This document shows, one piece after another, positions 32,715 to 42,309 of a stretch of 64,000 nt of DNA. Position numbers and translations under genes: made by a program. Under the pieces are notes generated by a model that saw nothing but the letters and a program-made list of their open reading frames with translations, was not told the DNA's origin and made no database searches. How positions within the stretch are numbered: the first letter of the stretch is position 1; each line of letters starts with the position of its first letter. The DNA comes from Ranitomeya imitator. Taxonomy: Eukaryota. The stretch is taken from positions 413,788,001-413,852,000 of the forward strand of contig NC_091285.1 of the NCBI RefSeq assembly GCF_032444005.1, written 5' to 3'.

Positions 32715-33384
32715 AAGGTAAAATTCATTTTTGTAAGTTTTATTTGCACTTTTTCTTTTCACAGAAAGTTTAGCTGCATATTTTTTTTGCATTCACGCAA
32801 ATTTTTATTTCTGCCAACTGATGATCTCATCTGACGGCTTGCTTCTTTTTTTTTTTGTTTTTTTCTTATCCATTACAATTTTTTTAAAGTATTTTCTTGT
32901 ATTTTATTTTTTTTAAAACAAGTCCATCAAGGAAAGCTCTACACCCTCCTAACCCCACCGTCTTCTCCCCTCCCCAATCTCTCCCATAATGCATATGTAG
33001 CACTTGGGCACACAGCATTGCCTGGAGAACCCCTTCACCCCCGAATATTAGGACAATGTGGCACTGTGGGGGATTGGGATATCAGTACACTTCTGGCACG
33101 GTTTGATCACCGAGGTTCTTACTACTGTGGAAACCACAGCTCTACAGGGAACATTTTCCTCTGACCAGAAGTGAAGGGGTTTAACTTTTATGATTTTTCC
33201 CAGTTCTTTACATTATCTTCAGCACACGTTACATGGGGACGCCATCCACAAAGCTTTCTGGTCTGTGTTTGCCCTTGCTTTGCGTCCCCCATTTGGCATC
33301 ACACACTATGGGGTATAGAAGCCAATCCACAATGGTTCTCTGTTCGGAAGGTGCCGTCTTAGTGGCCTGGGTAACCTGACTTCA
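32715..33384 (-). other. TNPO3: Probable TNPO3 non-coding terminal (3' UTR) exon; 3' end uncertain
   Basis: Strong polypyrimidine tract and CAG acceptor (33387-33385); AATAAA on the - strand at 32744-32739. Confidence 0.55.
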
Positions 33385-33784
33385 CTGAGAGGAACAAGAA
33401 AAGAAAATCATTATACATATGGAGACTGCTTACATGTACCAGAATCAAAATTCTGCCTAAAAAAATGCAAGATATTTTACAACAGTTACAGGAATGGAGG
33501 GGTGATGGAACCGTTTTTGAAATGGTCAATGGAAAAAAAAACAAGGTGACGCTTGGTCCTGGGCTTCAATACTCTACGATTGTAAATTTACAGAGCAGGA
33601 TTAAAGATCCTGCAATCTATTAAGACAGCCCAAGACACCAGCAAGAAAACAAAAGCAGTTTATCGCTTTTGTCATGGAAACAGGTTCCCTTCAAAGGGTA
33701 AGGGCTGTCACTATGAACCAGAGCTTGGCAGCAGGGCGTATATTTTCCTGAAACACACCAGCGTTTCAAAGAAAGCATACTTTA

Positions 33785-34010
33785 ACCCCCTTCACACATG
33801 ATGTACATTTATGTTACAGGTCATGTCCCTGCCTTTGATGTGGCTCGCATGCTGAGCCCGCACCTTTCTCCACACATGATGGCTGGTTTAATCAGCCATC
33901 ATGTGCCTTTATCAGGTTATAGGCAGAGCTCCACCCGCGGCTATTAACCTGTTAAATTCTGCTGTCAATCTCTTAACAGCAGCATTTAATACCACCGGCA
34001 GGGGGGAGGG
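33785..34010. mobile_element. Fragment of a piggyBac-like MITE end
   Basis: TTAACCCC start; resembles the reverse complement of the 1-205 and 16340-16547 ends. Confidence 0.45.
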
Positions 34011-34519
34011 CGCCAGGGGTATGCTGATGAATTCAAATAAAAGTTTTATTGAAACTTCTCTCATAAAACTGTCTTATCGCTCCTGCTCTACAACATCCTG
34101 CCTGCAGTTCAGATTTCATTTAAGAGACCAAAGCACTTTTTTTTAGGCTAGAGTCCTCACTAAAAAAATGAACTCTGCTATGCACAAATTAAGTGGCAAA
34201 TATAACGGCACACTTACAATGGTGCCGCCATGTGCATAGATGGAATGAAAAAGCCTGGTATGGCTTCTGTTCTCAGGAGAAGCTCCTGAGATGCACATTG
34301 TAATAAGTCTTGAAAATACATTCTGCAAAATGATGGCAATTAAGGAAATCCATGTACAGTGTGTAGCTTCAGATGGGTATGTGTCAAATAGGAGCTACAG
34401 TTTCGAGCAGGCGGTTGTACCAGGTATGAATCACCTGTTCCCACCAGCAGTAAAAACCAACCTGGGATCCAAAGCAAACAACTCACCGTGGCAGACAGGC
34501 TGGTGACGTAGGAGCACTG

Positions 34520-34580
34520 CTATCGGAATAACCTGGTGAAATCTCTCAGAGCCCAACACACCTGTTTACATTCCTCCGCA
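34520..34580 (-). CDS. TNPO3: Transportin-3 final coding exon (exon continues to the donor at 34486)
   Basis: (S)AEECKQVCWALRDFTRLFR* matches the known TNPO3 C-terminus; CAG acceptor. Confidence 0.95.
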
Positions 34581-34826
34581 CTGGAACACACAAAGGAAAG
34601 TCAGTAGTTACCAGGCACAAGGGTGTGGGTCACAGAATCACCCAAACACAGGCCAGAAAGGTAGAAGATTCTAAAAGTGTGATGTGGAAATAACATGACA
34701 ACGCACACGTATCTCAGGTGATGGCCCCTTGGTCTATCGGGTCGTCCGATTGACATCAGACCTGATCTTTGTGCGATACTGTTGCACATCTTGTCTAATG
34801 CGTGGTCACCCAGTAATCTGTCTCAC

Positions 34827-34939
34827 CTTGTGACTTGCTTATGGAAATCTGTTAATTGTTTATGTGTCACTGTTATAGCACCCCCTGATATCTCCTTTGG
34901 TAAACTCTTCAACGATGTTTCCAGCCACCTACAAAATGT
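34827..34939 (-). CDS. TNPO3: Transportin-3 exon (113 nt)
   Basis: [37 protein letters not shown]; AG/GT ends, phases consistent. Confidence 0.95.
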
Positions 34940-35417
34940 CTGAAAGGAGAAATTAAAAAGGGTTCACTCGCATAAACTCGGATTCTGAATATGCAAGTTA
35001 CAAACCAAGAATTTCGGGAAGAAACTTGCCCAGTTAGGGTATGTTTACACGTCGCATTTTTGCACCAAAGGAATGCAGCATTTTAATGTCCCACCTAAGT
35101 GAATGTGATTTCTGAAATCTCATACACATGTTGCTTATTTTTCCCATACAGATTTAAAGCCGTTTCAAATCTGCATTATGTCAATTCTTTCAGTGTTTTT
35201 CACCCATAGGGGAAGACACACAAAAAAAGCGAAGCATCAATAAACACATACAAAAAATACATGGCACAAACATGCGTTTTTGCATGTATGCATTTTTCCA
35301 GCATATGAGAGTCCACCAAAATTGACTTCCAATGAATTACTGCACTAGCAAAAGTCATTCATTTCAAGGCTATCAGCCAATATGAGCAAAGAGATCCACA
35401 GAGAACGTTTTCCTTAC

Positions 35418-35585
35418 CGGCCTGTCGCACATCATGATCTCCCAGATGACTTCAGCCACATCAGGCAAGGTATAAGGTGGGAGGCAGAAACAGCACGAAT
35501 GTAGAAGCTGATTAATCAGTTGTTGCCCAAACTGGCCCAGCACCTGTTGGATCAGGTCTTTCCGTACCTCAAAGTTTTCTTCATG
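35418..35585 (-). CDS. TNPO3: Transportin-3 exon (168 nt)
   Basis: [14 protein letters not shown]...[16 protein letters not shown]; AG/GT ends. Confidence 0.95.
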
Positions 35586-36885
35586 CTTGAAATTCAGACA
35601 GAGGAAACAAGACGTGAAAAGCTTCTCTGACGGGATCAAATACCAATCCTTGTTACAAAACATCTCATTTTCACACGAAAGAAGATTTCCTATCTTAAGT
35701 CATTATATATAGAAAAATAGTATTTACAGTCCCTAAAAGATTATTCCCAAAATGTTCGCTTTTATCCACAAGATGGTAACTAGTGATCGGTGGGGGTTTG
35801 TTATCCCCACTGATCCCGCGAACAGGGCTCTGAGATGCCCCATTGGAATAAAGCAGTAGCCACACATGTGAACCTCCACATTATTAAATCTCTCTGGGAC
35901 TACAGGACATTATTCAGTACAGCACTCAGTTTTCACCAGTGTCACAAAGAATGAATGGAGCACTGGCTCGAAAAAGCAGTGAACAGAATTTTCTTGTTTA
36001 GGATACCTTTCTTAGGCAGGTTTCAGACATGACAGTCATGTTCCGAGAACGGACCGTGATATCCAGAGAAACAAGGAGCCTTCTGATCCAAACTTGGCCG
36101 TAATCACATATTTCAAGCTGCAACCTTTCCTAGTCATGTGTAAGGATGGCTGGCTGCCTATGAAAACACTGCTCGAGACATGTTTCAACAGTCAGAGAAG
36201 CGTAAAACAAAACTTCTTGACTGATTGCAATGTTTTGCTTTTTTTTTAAATTTTCTATAGCTTCATCCTCCTCCATTCAGTCTTTGTGTCCAGCTCTAAA
36301 ACTGTCACTGATTCAGCAAAACAGGTTTACAAATGGACTCGGAGCAGTATGAGGCTGGAGGAAAAAAAAAAAAAATTTTGAGCTCAGTGAGCCGAGAAGC
36401 TTTTATTTCTCCAATCACAGCCCTACTCCAAGGCTGACTGAAGAGATCAGTCATGCTTGCTCATGATGCGGATCCTCTGATACTCTTAAGCAGAGTTTCT
36501 TCAGGCTGCAACCCATCCAGACAAGATCGTGCTGCAGTTTCATATATGTGATGGCGGCCATTTTTTATCATATTCCTGGAGAATCTCTTTAACAGCCTCA
36601 TACAAGCCTATGACACTGTTGAGTTCAGGTCGTGAGACCTGCAGCCGATCAAACAGCAATCATGTGAAACCATCCTTAGACTTGAACTACATTATATTTA
36701 TATTATCTCATGTGTACTAGGTACACTTCTTGTTGTCTAATTACTTAAAAATTAGTTACAAATTATTTTTCTTTTCAAAATGTCATCACCTCAACTACAG
36801 GAGACCTAAATTATCTTCATGAGCAATGAATTGACTCCCAAGCTCCTCCACCTACAGCAACCATTCAGCACAGAGTAAGACTTAC

Positions 36886-37042
36886 ATCATTGGACACCCC
36901 AGTGTGGATAAGATCACGGAGAAACTTCATGACACTACAGTTGGCATCTCGATGGTCTAGTGTTGTAGCAGCGATGGCCCACTGCAGAACATGCCCCAGG
37001 ACCTGGCTGCGCAGCAGGACAACAGGACAACGCTGGATGAAC
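36886..37042 (-). CDS. TNPO3: Transportin-3 exon (157 nt)
   Basis: [13 protein letters not shown]...[24 protein letters not shown]; AG/GT ends. Confidence 0.95.
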
Positions 37043-37421
37043 CTATGGGAGCACATACACAAGGTGACATGATGAATGCAAAGAACTGGAAAGAGGATAT
37101 TGCGAATACAAAATTAAATAAGCCTAATACCCAGAAGTGATGGACATTACACACTAATTTACAATCAGGAAGCAATTGATAACTGGCAAAACAGAACAGA
37201 ATGGTCCTCATTCCTCCTGTACCAGTTATGACTTGTATTGTTTAAGATTATTGTACTTGTATTTATTATGTATACCCCTCCTCACATGTAAAGCGCCATG
37301 GAATAAATGGCGCTATAACAATAAATAATAATAATGGGGTAAAATGATAAAAATGGTTGGACAGTATGTGGCATAAGTGCACTCAATCAGTTCATAATAA
37401 GAGGATTCCTACATACATTAC

Positions 37422-37516
37422 CTTGTTAAGAGCCGGAACATGTCATCTACTGTATCTGGGTGATTACGGAGCCCATTTGGATGCTCAAGTAGTTGAAAGG
37501 TGGGAACACACAGAGC
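37422..37516 (-). CDS. TNPO3: Transportin-3 exon (95 nt)
   Basis: [31 protein letters not shown]; AG/GT ends. Confidence 0.95.
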
Positions 37517-37636
37517 CTGGTATTAAACATAAGGAAAATGTCAGGTAATTTCACATTACAAGGCGACAATGCTTACATGGAAATAGGCTGCTGCAGAAGG
37601 AAAGCAGAGCTTTCTATCCTCTGGGAAGAAACGTAC

Positions 37637-37753
37637 CTGCAGCATATCAAGCAAACCTTGCTGACAACCTTCCTCCATTCCATACTCATCCACCAGAATG
37701 CTGCCTAGGTAGAGGAAGCATGAGTGTTGGTGCATCTGGTACACGTCTACCAT
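37637..37753 (-). CDS. TNPO3: Transportin-3 exon (117 nt)
   Basis: [39 protein letters not shown]; AG/GT ends. Confidence 0.95.
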
Positions 37754-38295
37754 CTAGTGAGGAAACACAGAGTTAATGCATGGAGGGATAAATGGAATTG
37801 TAGACACAATAACACATGTACAGTTTACAATGCTGAAGTTCAGTAGATTTGAGAAAAATAAAATAAGTATTGGAACATTATAGCGACACATACGAGCACC
37901 ATTGTATGGATACAGGGTCTCCAGAAACCCAAAATGTGTGCACTGGTGATCAGTGCTGTAATCTTCTAGTTAGAACCTTCTTTTCATTGGTCATATGGAC
38001 AGAATCAGTAGAAGATCAATAGTGTAGACCATCCACTGGCCTCCAAAGGCCAGATACCCCCCTGTGCTCTTCTGAACACGGTCAGCTTTGAGCTAATGTT
38101 GGAGAAGCTGGCACGCAAGAAAAAAAGCACTTTAATCCACAGTCCTAGCGTTTTCTTGGCGATATAGGAGAAGCACATAACAAAAGCACCTGAGGCCTTT
38201 CATTGCACAGATCGGTGGGGGGGGGTCTACTCTTGCATATAAATCAGTGGATATAATCCACTATTCCAATATGGCTGCTGTATATTGTGAAATAC

Positions 38296-38436
38296 CTGAG
38301 TTACAAGAGGCTGTAAGAGAGCAGCCGATCCCTTCCCGACACACCGAACAGCAAAGCGGAGACATCGACAACACCGCTCCACAATACGATTGTCCGCCCG
38401 GTGCTTATTTAAGGTTTCTGACATCACAGGCCATAT
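38296..38436 (-). CDS. TNPO3: Transportin-3 exon (141 nt)
   Basis: [47 protein letters not shown]; AG/GT ends. Confidence 0.95.
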
Positions 38437-38871
38437 CTGAGAATAGAGGACATTAACTGTGTAGTAGGCACCACCCGAATAAAGAGATGCAGTGCCACAC
38501 ACCCAAAATACAAACACGATGGAAAAAACTGGGACTAGCCCCCATAATACTGTATGTCAAACAGCCAAAATGTACAAAAAAAAAAGACGCCTTTTCTATT
38601 AAATAGCGTAATGTCCTTCTCCTTGTATACACCATGCTTCTTTGGTCTTATTTGGAATGGGTATTAATTGATCCTAGTTCATTCGCTGATCTGTGGGTAA
38701 TTATTTCTGATCTATGGCTTATGTATATGTGATTTATAGGTTTTGGATCTATCCGGGGAGAAGGTTTCGGTCTTCACATGTATTATTATGTGGAGACGAA
38801 GAGGGTGATTTTACACTTTGAGAAGCAATTAAAATCTGCAACAATGAATGATGCTCATTTTGGATAATTAG

Positions 38872-39140
38872 TAGGGTTGAGCGAATAGCTTCAGATAAGT
38901 GCTTATCCGAATAGCTGCCTCGGTAACCCGGATACCTGGAGCGCTCCTGATAATCAGCTGCCTGTGTCATGGCTGTGTGACAGTCACAACACATGCATGG
39001 AGAGCCTGTGTGTTGGGCTCTCAGCCGCGACACATGCAGATACGGCGCCGAACACCTGATTATCAGGAGCGCTCCAGGTTACCGAGGCAGCTATTCGGGA
39101 AGCACTGTAGCACTTATCCAAAGCTATTCACGCATCCCTA
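38872..39140. mobile_element. hAT-like MITE
   Basis: TIR TAGGGTTGAGCGAATAGC / GCTATTCACGCATCCCTA; 8-bp TSD ATAATTAG / ATAATTTG. Confidence 0.75.
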
Positions 39141-39331
39141 ATAATTTGTAAAGAAATTACGGTATATATTTTCGTACATTTTAGCTGCTTAACTTGCTAT
39201 AGTAGAGTGGCTAGTGCCTTTTTTTTTTTTTTTACTTACACACTGCTGTGTCCCAGTTACAACATGAACATGCTGTGTCACCAGAAAAATTCTTTAGATG
39301 GGTTGACAACAGCCCCACTTTTGGTACTTAC

Positions 39332-39392
39332 TTCTTGAATGACTCTTTGACATGGATGTGTCTGCCCATTTTCCACAGTGGGCGCAGTATGC
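39332..39392 (-). CDS. TNPO3: Transportin-3 exon (61 nt)
   Basis: [20 protein letters not shown]; AG/GT ends. Confidence 0.93.
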
Positions 39393-39512
39393 CTTAAAAA
39401 AAACAAAACAGGTTTTAGCATCAGTTTCAGTATAATCCTCTACTTTATTTTTTATATTCTCTAACATCAAAATATTACCATGAGATAACTAAATGTCTTA
39501 TGACAAACTTAC

Positions 39513-39589
39513 CTAAAGATGACCGCCAGTCTATCCAGAAACAGTGTAGGGTCAGACGATATACCATTATTAGGATCCTGTGAGAGAAG
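39513..39589 (-). CDS. TNPO3: Transportin-3 exon (77 nt)
   Basis: [25 protein letters not shown]; AG/GT ends. Confidence 0.95.
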
Positions 39590-39639
39590 CTGAGTAAAAT
39601 GAGCAGAAAATCAGAAAATGCACTCTATATTCACACACC

Positions 39640-40263
39640 CAACAGACGCTCCCCCAAACAGACTCTCCCACAATTTTCCAACAGGCGCTCCCCCAAACAG
39701 ACGCTCCCACAATTTTCCAACAGACGCTCCCCCAAACAGACTCTCCCACAATTTTCCAACAGACGCTCCCCCAAACAGACGCTCCCACAATTTTCCAACA
39801 GACGCTCCCCCAAACAGACGCTCCCACAATTTTCCAACAGACGCTCCCAGCAGACGCTCCCCCCAAATCTCCAACAGACGCTCCCCCCAACTCTCCAACA
39901 GACGCTCCCCCCAACTCTCCAACAGACGCTCCCCCCAACTCTCCAACAGATGCTCCCCCAACTCTCCAACAAACGCTCCCCCCAACTCTCCAACAGACGC
40001 TCCCCCAACTCTCCAACAGACGCTCCCCCCAACTCTCCAACAGACGCTCCCCCAACTCTCCAACAGACGCTCCCCCCAACTCTCCAACAGACGCTCCCCC
40101 AATTCTCCAAGACGCTCCCCCAACTCTCCAACAGACGCTCCCCACAACAGACGCTCCCCACAACAGACGCTCCCCACAACAGACGCTCCCCACAACAGAC
40201 GCTCCCCACAACAGACGCTCCCCACAACTCTCCAACAGACGCTCCCCCCAACAGACGCTCCCA
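39640..40263 (+). repeat. Compound minisatellite with core CAACAGACGCTCCCC
   Basis: Blocks of about 39-bp, 24-26-bp and 16-bp units, all built on the same core. Confidence 0.95.
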
Positions 40264-40590
40264 CTTTCCTTAAAACCATAAGCAAACAATCACAATATAG
40301 CCAATGATCAGAACTGACAGCGGATTTTGTGTCAGGGGTCTTGAATGTTTTGTACTGGTGAGACAGGATGCCAATACCCCTTTAAGACTACACCCAAAAT
40401 ATTTCTGTGCAGATGCTCTTGACCATGAAAATTACTTTTTTCCTTTGATATCACACTTTTGACCTCTACATAGAACACTCTGAATATTAGTAAAAAGTTT
40501 GCTAGTTGCATACAAATCATTCAATCATTTCATCTGAATTACATATGAGAAAGCAAGCCAATCATAAATATATAGGACAGAATTTCTCAC

Positions 40591-40682
40591 CTTTTTAAGT
40601 GATTCAACCTGGACAGAACACAGCTCGCTCAAGCACTCCGAGATCTTATCCAGAGGCAGACGTGTCAGGACTAATGCTGTGC
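40591..40682 (-). CDS. TNPO3: Transportin-3 exon (92 nt)
   Basis: [30 protein letters not shown]; AG/GT ends. Confidence 0.95.
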
Positions 40683-40873
40683 CTACAGTGGGGTAGTGAG
40701 ATGGAAATGGGTGTGAGAGTGGAAATACTTTTATGCCCTGCCATAAATAACGTGAAATACATAGCATCCATAATTTCATTGAGGTCTTGCATTGTTTCTA
40801 CTATATATTACAATACAGTCTATTAATATCAGACCTGTGAGCGTCAGACTCCTGGCACTGATCAACTGACTAA

Positions 40874-41572
40874 GGGTGCGTGTCCTCGGTCCTTAACATC
40901 CGGAATTTCTGCACCCCATACATAGGGCCCTGTGATTTACCTTGCGGCGATGGAGTGTTGCCGCAAGGTAAATAGACATGCTGCGTTCTAAAAAGACGCG
41001 CCGCATGTCCGTAACCGCAGGGTGCGTGCTCGCATGCATACTGGAGACGGGAAAAAAATTCCCTCCACTATGCGGTAACATCTGGACACTGCGGGTTGAA
41101 CGCTGCGGCTCTACGCAGCGTCCAATCCACAGCTAAGGCTACTCTCACACTAGCGTCGTTTTCAATACGTCGCAATGCGTCATTTAGGGGAAAAAACGCA
41201 TCCTGCAAAGTTGTTTGCAGGATGCGTTTTTGCCCCAAAGAGTAACATTACCGACGAATTGACACACGTCGCAACAGTTGTGCGACGGTTGCGCCGGACC
41301 ACCGGGAACAAAAAACGTTAAATGTAACGTTTTTTGCTGCCGACGGACCGCTTTTTCCGACCGCGCATGCGCGGCCGGATCTCCGCCCCCACCTCCCCGC
41401 ACCTCACAATGGGGCAGCGGATGCGCCGGAGAAATGCATCCGCTGCACCCGTTGTGCGGCGCAACAAACGCTAGCGTCGGAATCTCGGCCCGACGCAATG
41501 CGACGGGCCGAATCCGACGCTAGTGTGAAAGTAGCCTAATCCGGATGTAATCTTGAACGTGAACACATACTC
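40874..41572. mobile_element. PIF/Harbinger-like MITE carrying a nested MITE
   Basis: TAA at 40871-40873 and 41573-41575; imperfect TIR GGGTGCGTGT / ACACATACTC. Confidence 0.55.
41137..41536. mobile_element. PIF/Harbinger-like MITE
   Basis: TIR GGCTACTCTCACACTAGCGTCG / CGACGCTAGTGTGAAAGTAGCC; TAA TSD. Confidence 0.85.
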
Positions 41573-42309
41573 TAATGGTCCTATGGCACTGCAGCGGCAT
41601 CTACGATTTCTTCACTTTTTACCAAGCACTGCTCTGTAGATTTTGAGCTGTAATATCAGGCACAGACACCACAAAATTAAGTGTTGTGCTTGGTGAAAGG
41701 GGAAAAACTCAGACCTCGCTGAAGTGACAACCTGACGCAGAACTCCAGTGGCCGATCAATCAGCCGAATAGTGGGGTTGCCAGAAGTAGGATCCCAGAGA
41801 TCCAATGTCAATGGCATCCATAGAACAGGACATCAATATCAAGTCCAAGAAATAGGGATTTTTGTGTGTACTCACCGTAAAATCCTTTTCTCCGAGCCAC
41901 TCATTGGGGGACACAGGACCATGGGTTATGCTGCTGTCACTAGGAGGCTGACACTAAGCTGAGACAAAAAAGGGTTAGCTCCTCCCCTGCAGTATACACC
42001 CTCATGCTGGCATGCAGAGACCCAGTTAAGTGCAAAAGCAGTAGGATAATGAGAACAATATATCAAAAAACATTGGAACATAACATGTCAAACAACAGTC
42101 AAAGACTAAAAAAGATAACTAGCCGTAAGGCTACCAGGGTGGGTGCTGTGTCCCCCAATGAGTGGCTCGGAGAAAAGGATTTTACGGTGAGTACACACAA
42201 AAATCCCTATTTCTCCTTCGCCTCATTGGGGGACACAGGACCATGGGACGTCCCAAAGCAGTCCCTGGGAGGGAAACAATACAACCACGTAACTTCATGT
42301 ACCATCTGA

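Noticed and set aside
39570-40307. Five 200-240 aa repetitive ORFs; superficially array-like repeats
   Set aside because: These are translations of the minisatellite. There are no unique spacers or cas genes, so it is not a CRISPR array.
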